DNA of 64,000 nucleotides from Candidatus Latescibacterota bacterium (GTDB taxonomy: Bacteria; Latescibacterota; UBA2968; UBA8231). The stretch covers positions 928,001 through 992,000 of the forward strand of contig CBDCSU010000004.1 in the NCBI GenBank assembly GCA_965221775.1. The letters are read 5' to 3'. A program made the translations under genes and the position numbers. The notes under the pieces are model-generated. The model did no database searches. It had not been told where the DNA came from and saw only the letters and a program-made list of their open reading frames with translations. Of the stretch, positions 1 to 8,830 are shown one piece after another. Numbering within the stretch: the first letter of the stretch is position 1; each line of letters begins with the position of its first letter.

Positions 1-1950
1 GCAGAGCTCGTCCTGCATGCAGCTGGCCTGCTGCACCTGCCGCTTGTCGCCGAGCTCGGTGTCGACGCTGTAGAGGGCGGCGCAGCCCTCGGACTGGCGC
101 AGGCAGTCGCCGCAGCCCTCGCAGATCTCCTCGTCGATGAAGACGTAGCGGTCGGGCGCGCCTCCCTGCCGGCGGCGGCGGCGCCCCTTCTCGGTGGCGC
201 ACTCCTTGTCGAGGATCATCACCGTCGTTCCGGGAGCCTCGCGGAAGTGGGCGATCGCCTCGGCCTGGCGGCGGAGGGGGAAGAGGCGCACCCGCGGGTC
301 GCCGGCGACGGCCCCGTACCCGGCGGTCAGCTCGCCGACGATGCCGACCTCCCGCACGCCGAGGGCGAGCAACTCCCCGGCGACCTCGGCCACGGAGCGG
401 GCGCCGCCGGGCTGCTGGCCGCCGGTGAGCGCCACGACGCCGTTGAAGAGCAGCAGGAAGGTGATGTTCACGTCCCCCTGCACGCAGCTCTGCACGGCCC
501 CCCGGCCGGAGTGGAAGTAGCTGCCGTCGCCGAGGTACTGGAAGATGTGGCGGTTGTCGTTGAAGGCCGCCGTGCCCGAGTAGATCGAGCCGCCGGCGCC
601 CATGGTGGGGATGTAGAGGACGCCCTCGTCGTAGGCCTCCATGGCGCGGATCGAGCTGCAGCCGATGGCGCCGCCCGGCTTCTCCCCTTCGAGGGCGCGG
701 AAGCTGTTGTACGGGCAGCCCCCGCAGGACATGGGGGCGACCTTGGGGACCACCGGCAGGCGGCGCTCCTCGATGGCCCGCACGTGCTCCAGGGCCGGCG
801 GCGGCGACGGCTGGCCGAGGAGGGGGGAGAGGAGGCCGGCCAGGTGCTCGGGGTCGACCTCGCCCCAGGACGGCACGAGTGGCTGCCCCGCCCCGTCACG
901 CTCGCCGAGGACCTCGCGCACACCGGTCCCCCACAAGGCGGCCTTGACACCCTCCTCCACGAAGGGCCCCGGTTCCTCCACCACCAGGACCCGCTCGACG
1001 CCGCTGTCGCGGGCGAAGCGGCGCACGGCTTCCCGGTCCAGGGGCCAGAGGACGGACAACTGCAGGGTGGGGGCCCGCGTGCCGAGCAGCTCCAGGGCCT
1101 GGGCCACGTCGACGAAGCTCTTGCCCGTGGCGACGATGCCGAGAGGGCCGCCCGCCTCCGGCCAGTGGATGCGGTTCAGCTCGTTGAGGCGCACGTAGGC
1201 CTCGGCCAGGGGCGCCTTGCGCTCCACCAGCTCGCGCTGCATGGGCAGCGCCCCCAGAGCCATGACGATGGGGTGGAAGCGCTTGGCGTAACCGGGGTCC
1301 GGCAGGCGCGGATCGAAGCGGGCGGCGCCGGCGCGGACCGTGCTCGCGCCGTCGCAGACCGGGGTGACGAGCTTGAGGGCGGTGACCATGCCGAGCCAGC
1401 GGCTCAGGGCGATGGCGTGGGCGCCGAGGCGCAGGACGTCCTCCACGTCGGCGGGGTAGAAGGTGGGCACCCAGCTCGAGCGCAGGGACCAGTCGCTGGC
1501 CCCTGGGGAGACGGAACTCTTGGAGCGGTGGTCCTCGCCGCACAGCAGGACCATGGAGCCGCGGCCCGAGGAGCCGGTGAGGTTGGCGAGCCAGGTCTCG
1601 TCCGGGATCCACATGGTGCCGTGGGCCTTGCCGTACCAGAAGGCGTCGACGTCGCCGGAGGGCGCGTACTGGCTGCCGAGCATGGCCGAGGCCGCGGTCT
1701 TCTCGTTGATGCCGAACTGATGGACGGTGCGGCCCAGCTCGTTGAGCCGGTCGAGCTGCTCGACCACGGCCAGGTCGAGGCCGCCGAGGGGCGAGCCCTC
1801 GTAGCCGCTGATCCAGGTCCGGTTGACCGAGCCGCCCGCTTCGCGGTCGTGTCGCTGCTTGTCCAGGAGCAGCCGGACGATCGCCTCGACACCGGTGAGG
1901 AAGACGGGGCCGTCCCGTTTCTGGAACTTGTCGGAGAGCGCCGGAGGCAA
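1..1950 (-). CDS. Indolepyruvate:ferredoxin oxidoreductase family protein (fused type); 3' end runs off the left edge
   Basis: Not in the ORF track because there is no stop in the window. Minus-strand translation gives FLTGVEAIVRLLL, ISGYEGSPLGGLD, INEKTAA, WYGKAHG, GEDHRSKSS, the TPP motif YLGDGSYFHSG and ferredoxin motif FIDEEICEGCGDC...C...C. The TTG start at 1950 is tentative. Confidence 0.88.
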   Translation of the reverse strand, partial: MPPALSDKFQKRDGPVFLTGVEAIVRLLLDKQRHDREAGGSVNRTWISGYEGSPLGGLDLAVVEQLDRLNELGRTVHQFGINEKTAASAMLGSQYAPSGDVDAFWYGKAHGTMWIPDETWLANLTGSSGRGSMVLLCGEDHRSKSSVSPGASDWSLRSSWVPTFYPADVEDVLRLGAHAIALSRWLGMVTALKLVTPVCDGASTVRAGAARFDPRLPDPGYAKRFHPIVMALGALPMQRELVERKAPLAEAYVRLNELNRIHWPEAGGPLGIVATGKSFVDVAQALELLGTRAPTLQLSVLWPLDREAVRRFARDSGVERVLVVEEPGPFVEEGVKAALWGTGVREVLGERDGAGQPLVPSWGEVDPEHLAGLLSPLLGQPSPPPALEHVRAIEERRLPVVPKVAPMSCGGCPYNSFRALEGEKPGGAIGCSSIRAMEAYDEGVLYIPTMGAGGSIYSGTAAFNDNRHIFQYLGDGSYFHSGRGAVQSCVQGDVNITFLLLFNGVVALTGGQQPGGARSVAEVAGELLALGVREVGIVGELTAGYGAVAGDPRVRLFPLRRQAEAIAHFREAPGTTVMILDKECATEKGRRRRRQGGAPDRYVFIDEEICEGCGDCLRQSEGCAALYSVDTELGDKRQVQQASCMQDELC

Positions 1951-2110
1951 TTGTCGAATCCGGGCTATGTTGCGGTTTTTACAAGGGTTGAGTGGCCCGG
2001 AACATAGGCCCGGCCGGGCTCCGCGGCAACCCGGTTCCGCCCGGCCGCGAGGCCGGCGCGGCGGCCCTGCCGGCGCCCGTTCCCCGGGCCGGGAAAACGC
2101 CGCCCGGCGG

Positions 2111-2140
2111 TTGCCCGGCCGTCGGCGGCGCCCGTACATT
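2111..2140 (+). promoter_or_regulatory. Putative sigma70 promoter for the 2194 operon
   Basis: TTGCCC-18 nt-TACATT, about 50 nt upstream of ATG 2194. Confidence 0.4.
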
Positions 2141-2193
2141 GGCCCGTTCCCTTCGCGTCAGCCCCCGCCCTCCCCGCCCAGGAACCTCCCCCC

Positions 2194-2490
2194 ATGGCCG
2201 AGACGATCGACGAGTTGACCATCCACTACGAGGAAGACGGCAAGGTCCTGCGCAAGCAGGTCGACAAGGAGGTCCTGAGCAAGGGCTCCTGGACGACGAT
2301 CATGTTCCTCTACCAGGACCTCGACCGCAGGACCGGCGAGTACGGCCAGCAGAAGGTCTCCATCCGGCGCTACCAGAAGCGCGAGGGGACCTACCAGCAG
2401 CGCAGCAAGTTCGAGATCTCGAGCCCGGCCCAGGCCCGCGCCGTGCGCGACCGCATCGAGGGCTGGTTCGGCGACGGGGAGCCGGCGTGA
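2194..2490 (+). CDS. Hypothetical protein, 98 aa (possible PC4/whirly-like nucleic-acid-binding fold)
   Basis: Strong GC3 codon bias, AGGA RBS, stop overlaps the next start (GTGA). Beta-rich and basic (KVSIRRYQKREG...SKFEISS) followed by a C-terminal helix. Confidence 0.8.
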   Translation: MAETIDELTIHYEEDGKVLRKQVDKEVLSKGSWTTIMFLYQDLDRRTGEYGQQKVSIRRYQKREGTYQQRSKFEISSPAQARAVRDRIEGWFGDGEPA

Positions 2491-3545
2491 GCGACACCTA
2501 CCGGGCCGTCCTGGCGGGACTGACCGGCATCGGCGCCGGCCGCGGCCGGGAGAGCTCCGACACCGTGTACCGGCCCATGCCCGGGTCTCACGCCGGCGCC
2601 TACCACGCCCACCCGCAGACCGATCTGGTGGCCGTCTGCGACCTCCGGCAGGAGGCGATCGACGGGTTCCTGTCCGACTGGGGCGACGTCTGGCCCGAGG
2701 TGCGTACCTACACCGACTTCGCCGACATGATCGCCCGGGAGGAGGCCGATCTCGTCAGCATCGCCACCTCCGACCACGCCCACGCCGACCTGTGCGTGCA
2801 GGCCGCCGAGGCCGGCGCCCGGGCGATCCTGTGCGAGAAGCCGATCGCCACCACCCTCGCCGACGCCGACCGCATGATCGCCGCCTGCGAGGCCCACGGC
2901 GTGCCCCTGTCGGTGGAGCACACGCGGCGGTGGGACCCCCGCCATCTCGCCGCCCGGCGCATCCTGCGCAGCGGCGATCTGGGCCCGGTGCGCACGATCT
3001 CGGCGGAGCTGTTCAGCCGCCGCGCCATGCTCTTCCGCAACGGCACCCACCTGATCGACCTGATCCCCTTCTTCGCCGGGAAGGACGTGCGCTGGCTGGT
3101 GGCCGATCTCGAGGAGGGCTTCGAAGACTACTCCGAGTACTCCGGCGACGGCGGCCGCGACCCGGACCTGGAGCCCTGCGTCTCGGCCTACCTGCGGTGC
3201 GCCGACGACGTGCGCGTCTTCGTCAACATCTACAAGGCGGCGTTCCCGGGATCGCAGGTGACGATCACCTGCGAGGAGGGCCGCATCGAGGTGAGCGACC
3301 GCGGCGGCCGGGTGATCCGCGGCGGCTCCCACTTCGACTGGACGGCCTCCGAGATCCGGGTGGACAGCTTTCGCTACGAACGCCAGCTGGCGGCGGTCCA
3401 CGAGCTGATCGAGAAGCTCGAGAACCCCGAGACCGAGCTGGTCTCCAGCGGCCGCGAGGCCCGCAAGACCCTGGAGATCATCCTGGCCATGCTCGCCAGC
3501 CACACCTCCGGCAACCGCCGCGTCGACCTGCCCCTGGCTTCCTGA
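2487..3545 (+). CDS. Gfo/Idh/MocA family oxidoreductase
   Basis: GTG start overlapping the upstream TGA; LVAVCD, DLVSIAT..HAH, ILCEKPIA, NGTHLID motifs. Confidence 0.9.
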   Translation: MSDTYRAVLAGLTGIGAGRGRESSDTVYRPMPGSHAGAYHAHPQTDLVAVCDLRQEAIDGFLSDWGDVWPEVRTYTDFADMIAREEADLVSIATSDHAHADLCVQAAEAGARAILCEKPIATTLADADRMIAACEAHGVPLSVEHTRRWDPRHLAARRILRSGDLGPVRTISAELFSRRAMLFRNGTHLIDLIPFFAGKDVRWLVADLEEGFEDYSEYSGDGGRDPDLEPCVSAYLRCADDVRVFVNIYKAAFPGSQVTITCEEGRIEVSDRGGRVIRGGSHFDWTASEIRVDSFRYERQLAAVHELIEKLENPETELVSSGREARKTLEIILAMLASHTSGNRRVDLPLAS

Positions 3546-3582
3546 GCCGCCCGGCGCCGGTACGGCGCCCTTCCCTTCCAGC

Positions 3583-4728
3583 TTATGTCGTGGAGACGTC
3601 CACGGGCACGCTGTGCCAGCCCGTGCGGCCGTCGTAGAGGTCCCGGCCCTCGTCCTTCTGCGGTTGGACGTCGCCGGCCGAGTCGGTGGCCCGCGCCAGG
3701 ATCTCGTAGCGGCCGCTGGCGGGCAGGCTCCAGGGGTGGGACCAGGTGCACCACACGTTCGGCTCGCTGCGCGAGGTGAGGGTGGCCTCCTCCCAGGTGG
3801 CGCCGCCGTCGGGGCTGACCTCCACGAGCTCGACGGTGCGCTCGCCGGCCATGGCGATGCCGTGGACGACGTACTCCGCGCCCACCGACCCCCTCAGGGT
3901 CTGGTAGACGTAGGTGACGCCGCCGTTGGCCGGGTCCTTCTCGTCGTCCCACAGGGAGACCGGGGCGTCGATCCTCGAGTTCACCGTGGCCACGGCGGCG
4001 TCGGACCACTTGAAGCTCTTGTTCTCCGGGCGCCTCTCCCAGTAGCCGAGGTACTCCTCGTCGATCAGCTCGATGCGGGTGATCCACTTGGGCATCTTCT
4101 GGCCGTAGTGGCCGGGATTGATCAGCCGCACCGGGTAGCCGTGCTTCGACGGCAGGGTCTCGCCGTTCATCTCCCAGGCGAGCAGCACCTCCTCGCGCAG
4201 GGCGCGGTCCAGCGGTATCGAGGTGGTGTACCCGTCGACGCTGGTGAACTTCACGCGGATCGCCTCCTCGCGGACCCCGACCTGGTCGAGGAGGTTGCGG
4301 AAGGGCGTGCCCCCCCACTCGGCGTTGCCCACCAGCGGCCCCCCGATCCAGTTGCCGATGCACTGCATGGTCATCACCTGCCGCTGCAGGGGCATGGCGG
4401 TGACCGCCTCGTAGCGCAGCCCCTGCTCCGGACGCTCCACCAGCCCGTCGACGGCGAGAGACCACTCCCCCGCCTGGAGGCCCGGGTCGTAGTTCTGGCC
4501 CTTGATCGACTGCAGGTAGAACCGGTCGTTGGAGATGATCGGCGCCGCCGGAAGCTCCCCGGGCAGGCCGTCCCCCGGCACCTCCACCGGCATCGGCGCC
4601 GGCGCCGTGGGCGTCTCGAGGAAGGTCACCTTGGAGCGGTCGCACCCGAGGGCGGGCACCACCGCCGAAACCGCCGCCAGCCCGCCGGCGCGCAGGAACC
4701 GCCGTCTCGTCTGCCTTGGATTCATCAT
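3583..4728 (-). CDS. Sulfite-oxidase-family molybdopterin-dependent oxidoreductase, probable Tat lipoprotein
   Basis: TRRRFLRAGG twin-arginine signal then ALGC lipobox; Mo-ligand Cys in MQCIGN; NAEWGG, LAWEMNGETLPSKHGYPVRL, KWITRIE; C-terminal dimerisation domain (VEVSPDGGATW, ARATD). Confidence 0.9.
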   Translation of the reverse strand: MMNPRQTRRRFLRAGGLAAVSAVVPALGCDRSKVTFLETPTAPAPMPVEVPGDGLPGELPAAPIISNDRFYLQSIKGQNYDPGLQAGEWSLAVDGLVERPEQGLRYEAVTAMPLQRQVMTMQCIGNWIGGPLVGNAEWGGTPFRNLLDQVGVREEAIRVKFTSVDGYTTSIPLDRALREEVLLAWEMNGETLPSKHGYPVRLINPGHYGQKMPKWITRIELIDEEYLGYWERRPENKSFKWSDAAVATVNSRIDAPVSLWDDEKDPANGGVTYVYQTLRGSVGAEYVVHGIAMAGERTVELVEVSPDGGATWEEATLTSRSEPNVWCTWSHPWSLPASGRYEILARATDSAGDVQPQKDEGRDLYDGRTGWHSVPVDVSTT

Positions 4729-4748
4729 TCTCGTCTCTCCTTCGATTC

Positions 4749-5588
4749 TCAGCCGACGGACAGGCCGAGCCCCCAGGATGCGCCGGCGCCGATGTTCTCG
4801 CCGGCGACGGTGCGCTCGTGGAGCAGATCGAGCCACACGCCCTCGATCAGGCGCACCGCCACGTTGCCGCCGACCTTGGTGAAGTCCCCTTCGGAGACCT
4901 GGGTGGAGGCCCCGACGACGCCGAGGTCCGTTCCGGGCCCCGAGGTGCGGGTCTCCGTCCCCCCCGCCAGGAGCTTGACGAACAGCCACGGACGGGGCGT
5001 GACCCCGGCCTCGCCGCTCCAGGACAGCTGGTTGGAGAACGGCCCTCGCCGCACCCGGTAGCCGGCCTCCAGCCCGACGTAGGCCGGCAGCGGATACAGG
5101 GAGCGCGCCAGGAGGAGCCGGGCCTCGGCGTCGTAGTCCCCCGTGCCCACGGGCGGGTCTCCGCCCTCGTCGTAGCCGACGGGTGCCTTCACCCCCACCA
5201 TGGGCGATACCACCACGGGATGGTCGAGGACCTGGTACTTCAGCCACACCTCCAGGTCTCCCGTGGCCGTCCGCTCGCGGCGCACCAGGCGGTTCTCGCT
5301 GGTGAGCCGGCCGGCGCCGAACTGGGAGACCACGGTGAGCCGGGGCAGCAGGCCGTACTCCACGTAGAGAAAGGACTGGACGCTGTCGAAGCGCTCCCCG
5401 TCCATGCCCATCCCCGCCCGCCGGCCCATGTCGTTGTAGACCTCCTCGGCACCGTAGAGGATCCCGGAAGCCTTGGCATAGTAGCCCCCGGCCGGCTGGG
5501 CCCAGGCGCCGGCGGCGGCCGGTGCCGGCGGCGCGGCGGCCCAGGCGATCCACGTCCCCATGGCGGCAACGGCCAGTGTCGATCTCAT
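4749..5588 (-). CDS. Exported protein, probable outer-membrane beta-barrel
   Basis: Signal peptide ending AAAGAWAQ; alternating hydrophobic strands (YVEYGL, GDLEVWLKYQ, YVGLEAGYRVR); C-terminal WGLGLSVG; TGATG-coupled to the upstream glycosyltransferase. Confidence 0.7.
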   Translation of the reverse strand: MRSTLAVAAMGTWIAWAAAPPAPAAAGAWAQPAGGYYAKASGILYGAEEVYNDMGRRAGMGMDGERFDSVQSFLYVEYGLLPRLTVVSQFGAGRLTSENRLVRRERTATGDLEVWLKYQVLDHPVVVSPMVGVKAPVGYDEGGDPPVGTGDYDAEARLLLARSLYPLPAYVGLEAGYRVRRGPFSNQLSWSGEAGVTPRPWLFVKLLAGGTETRTSGPGTDLGVVGASTQVSEGDFTKVGGNVAVRLIEGVWLDLLHERTVAGENIGAGASWGLGLSVG

Positions 5589-6745
5589 CAGCCCCCTCCT
5601 CTCCCTCCGGCGACGGAGTCGTACAACGACAGCAGCTTGCCGGACTCCCTCTCCCAGTTGCACTCCGACTCAATCATTTCACGCCCGGCGCGGCCCATGC
5701 GTTCCGCCTCCCGCGGGTCGTCGAGCAGCCGCGCGATCGCCCTTGCGTGGTCCCCGGGATCGCCGGGGTCGGCGAGGACCCCCCACTCGCCTCGATCCCG
5801 CAGGCTCTCGATCGACGGCAGGGCGCTGGCCACCACGGGCAGACCGCAGGCAAGATACTCGAAGAGCTTGGTCGGCGAGAAGGGGGTCAGGGTCGCCGCC
5901 GACCGCTGGCCGGGGATCAGCCCGACGCGGTGGCCGCCGATGAAGGCGCCGAGCTCGTCGTACGGCAGCCGCTCGGTGCGGCAGTCCACGTGGTCCGTCA
6001 GGTCATACTCCCGCAGCAGGGTCCGGAACTCGGCCTCGGTGGCGCGGGTCTGGAAGGGGCCGAGGGCGCTCAGCCTCACCCGCGGGTGGCTGCGCCGCAC
6101 CCGGCGCATGATCTCCAGAAGAAACTGCGCTCCCCGTTCGCGGGACAGGGACCCCACGTGCACGAGGTCGGCTCTCGGCGCCGGTGCCCCCGGCGCCCGC
6201 GGGCGGAACCACTCCAGACGCGGGTAGTTGCCGGCGGCGACGAAGGGGCGCCTCCCGAACCGGGCGCCCTGCTCCTCGACGACGCCGACGACGCCGTCCA
6301 GGCGGCGCGCCAGCAGCCGCTCGACGGCGTCGACGGCGAGGGACAGGGACCCGCGCACCCGGCGGGGAACCCAGGTCCGCGTGAAGGCCGCCGCCGGGAA
6401 GTCCTCATGGACGTCGTAGATCACGCGCCGGCCGAGGGCCTTCAGCAGGCATCCCAGGGGCAGCAACTCGGGGTCGTGGAGATGGTGGATGTCGGCGCCG
6501 AGGCGCAGCGCCGCGGCCAGCAGGCGAGCCTGCAGCGCCGACCTGCGCCGGGGGGTGGCCGGGACCGGCAGGGGCAGGACCCGCACGCCCCGGTGCTCCC
6601 CGGCCCAGGCGGCGGGTCCGGGCCCGACGACGGTCACCTGGTACCCCGCCTCGGCGAGGCTCACAGCCTCCTTGTAGAAGATGCGCTGGTCGAAGGGATG
6701 GTGGACGCTGGTGAGCACGCAGACCCGCCGTCGGGAGGAGGTCAC
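5588..6745 (-). CDS. Glycosyltransferase family 4 (RfaB-like)
   Basis: VLTSVHHPFDQRIFYKEA, HLHDPEL, IYDVHED, PTKLFEYLACGLPVVAS motifs; GTG start overlaps the wbqC stop. Confidence 0.92.
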   Translation of the reverse strand: MTSSRRRVCVLTSVHHPFDQRIFYKEAVSLAEAGYQVTVVGPGPAAWAGEHRGVRVLPLPVPATPRRRSALQARLLAAALRLGADIHHLHDPELLPLGCLLKALGRRVIYDVHEDFPAAAFTRTWVPRRVRGSLSLAVDAVERLLARRLDGVVGVVEEQGARFGRRPFVAAGNYPRLEWFRPRAPGAPAPRADLVHVGSLSRERGAQFLLEIMRRVRRSHPRVRLSALGPFQTRATEAEFRTLLREYDLTDHVDCRTERLPYDELGAFIGGHRVGLIPGQRSAATLTPFSPTKLFEYLACGLPVVASALPSIESLRDRGEWGVLADPGDPGDHARAIARLLDDPREAERMGRAGREMIESECNWERESGKLLSLYDSVAGGRGGG

Positions 6746-7431
6746 GGTCGCAGGATCTCCCGGGACCGTGGTCCGCAGTTGAAGAGCAGGTCCAGTCCGC
6801 ACATGCCGGGCTCGAAGCCCGGGAAGCACTGCGGGTACCGCGGATGCTCGAAGCAGGCGTGGCGCACCTCCACCCCCGCCTCCCGCATCACCGCCTCGTC
6901 CAGGTACGAGCGCGAGCCCCCGTCCCCCGCCAGGTAGACGTCGCAGGCGCAGGCCGCCGCCATGTCGGCGATCCGCCGGGTCCCTTCCGCCCGCGAGCCC
7001 AGCTGCGAGGAGAGCCGCACCTCGGTGCCGATGTCGAGCCGGTCCATCAGCCATCGGAACAGATCCAGGTTCCAGTCCAGCAGGCGCCGGTGGGAGCGCC
7101 CGTAGATCTCCTCCAGGGCCCCCTCGTGCTCCTCGAAGTGGGGGGCGCGGCCGTAGTTCCAGCGCAGGCTCTCCATGTGCTTGCGCGGCCATCTGCTCCC
7201 TTCTTCCACGACGACGTCACGGACCCTCTGGCCGGCCCGGCCGCGCGTCAGGACCGGTACCGTCAGCCACTGCCACCCGTCCGCGGTGCGGATGCGGTTG
7301 CGGTTGGTGTACCCGTGCGTGGAGTACTGCACGTCGTCGGCGAGGACGAAGACGTCGGCCCGGGCGGCCCGGTCCAGCACCCCGAGCCACGGCAGGTAGT
7401 TGGGCTGGTGGGCGGCCAGGACCCGGGCCAT
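6742..7431 (-). CDS. WbqC family protein
   Basis: HQPNYLPWLG, DVFVLADDVQY, NRNRIRT, WLTVPV, YLAGDGGSRSYLD, LDLLFNCGP. Confidence 0.92.
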   Translation of the reverse strand: MARVLAAHQPNYLPWLGVLDRAARADVFVLADDVQYSTHGYTNRNRIRTADGWQWLTVPVLTRGRAGQRVRDVVVEEGSRWPRKHMESLRWNYGRAPHFEEHEGALEEIYGRSHRRLLDWNLDLFRWLMDRLDIGTEVRLSSQLGSRAEGTRRIADMAAACACDVYLAGDGGSRSYLDEAVMREAGVEVRHACFEHPRYPQCFPGFEPGMCGLDLLFNCGPRSREILRP

Positions 7432-8582
7432 CAGCGGACCCCGTGAGTATCGAGGGCCTCGCCGAGAGCCTGGACGACCGCGTCCACCTGCTCCGGCGCA
7501 AGCCCGTTGTAGAGCGGCAGGGTGAGGGTCCGGCGCAGGACCTCCTCGGCCACCGGACAGTCCCCCTCGCCCGTTCCGAGACGATCCCGGGCCGACGGCT
7601 GCAGGTGGCAGGGCGGCCAGTAGAGACTGCCCACGGGCACGTCCCGCTCGCCCAGAGCGGCGGCCACCCGTTCGCGGTCCTCGCCGAGGGTGACGGGGTA
7701 CTTGTACCAGGCGTGCCGCCCGGCGGGCGGGTCGGCCGCGGGGAACCGCGCGACCTCCCGGCCCAGGGCGTCCACCCCCTCGTCGTAGCGCCGGGCCAGG
7801 AGGTCCCGCTCCTGCAGGGTCGGCTCCAGGCGGGCGAGCTGGCGCAGCCCGAGGGCGGTGCTCAGCTCCGGCAGCCGGTAGTTGGCCCCCGGTCGCACCA
7901 GCAGCCGGTCGGGCCCGATGCCGTGGCAGCGGAAGCTGCGGGCGAACTCCGCCAGGCCGTCGTCGCCGGTGGTCAGCATCCCCCCCTCGCCGGTGGTCAT
8001 CACCTTGGTCGGGAAGAACGAAAACGAACCGGCCGTGCCCAGGCTCCCCGCCGGCCGGCCGCCGAGGCGGGCGCCGTGGGCGTGGGCCGCGTCCTCGAGC
8101 AGGGGCAGGCCGCGGTCGGCGCAGAAGGCGGCGATCTCGGCCGCGTCGGGAACGATGAGGCCGCCCACGTGCACCACCACCACGGCGCGGGTGCGCGGGC
8201 CCACGTGAGGACGGATCTGCTCCAGGCCGCTGGACAGGGAGCCCGGATCGATGTCGGCGAGGATGGGCGTGGCGCCGGCGAGGATCGCCGCGTGGACCGT
8301 GGCCATGAAGGTGTTGGTGGTCATCACCACCTCGCCGCCGGCCACCTCCCAGAACCGCAGGGCCACCTCCAGGGGCGCGGTGCCCGAGCTCATGCCCACG
8401 GCGTGGCGGACCCCGGCGGCGCGGGCGAACTCCTCCTCGAAGCGCTCGAGGTACGGCCCCTGGGTGAGCACGCCGCTGCGCAGGATCGCCTCGAAGTCGC
8501 GCAGGAGCGCGGGCAGGTCCTCCTCGGGCAGGTGAGGGCGCGCCTTGCGCAGGGGGGCCGGCATCCGCGGACGAGGGCTCAC
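7431..8582 (-). CDS. DegT/DnrJ/EryC1/StrS PLP-dependent nucleotide-sugar aminotransferase
   Basis: [32 protein letters not shown] (PLP lysine), GANYRL. Confidence 0.93.
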   Translation of the reverse strand: MSPRPRMPAPLRKARPHLPEEDLPALLRDFEAILRSGVLTQGPYLERFEEEFARAAGVRHAVGMSSGTAPLEVALRFWEVAGGEVVMTTNTFMATVHAAILAGATPILADIDPGSLSSGLEQIRPHVGPRTRAVVVVHVGGLIVPDAAEIAAFCADRGLPLLEDAAHAHGARLGGRPAGSLGTAGSFSFFPTKVMTTGEGGMLTTGDDGLAEFARSFRCHGIGPDRLLVRPGANYRLPELSTALGLRQLARLEPTLQERDLLARRYDEGVDALGREVARFPAADPPAGRHAWYKYPVTLGEDRERVAAALGERDVPVGSLYWPPCHLQPSARDRLGTGEGDCPVAEEVLRRTLTLPLYNGLAPEQVDAVVQALGEALDTHGVR

Positions 8583-8794
8583 GCGGGACCGGTCCGCCGC
8601 CGCGGATCGCGGCTCCGGGGGCCGAGTCGGGACCCGGGCTTCGGGAGGGGTCCGGCCGCGAGCCCCGGGCGCCGTCGCGCCGTCCCGGGGACCCGAACGT
8701 CGGTACGGGCCGCGGCACGGGCGGGCCGGGACCGGACCGCCCTTCCCACCGGTACGGCGGCGAGCCGGGGCTCCACCAGGGGCCCCGACATCGG

Positions 8795-8823
8795 TTGTCG
8801 GTTCCCGAAACCGGGGTTATACT
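8795..8823 (+). promoter_or_regulatory. sigma70 promoter of ispG (leaderless geometry)
   Basis: TTGTCG(8795-8800)-17 nt-TATACT(8818-8823)-7 nt-ATG(8831); no SD sequence. Confidence 0.65.
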
Positions 8824-8830
8824 CGCTCCC

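Noticed and set aside
247-2007. 586-aa plus-strand ORF
   Set aside because: It is the antisense shadow of the IOR gene, which carries all the recognisable motifs.
8700-8760. GGGAA...CGGT resembling a cobalamin riboswitch
   Set aside because: The GCCACTG/B12-box elements are missing and the downstream genes are unrelated.
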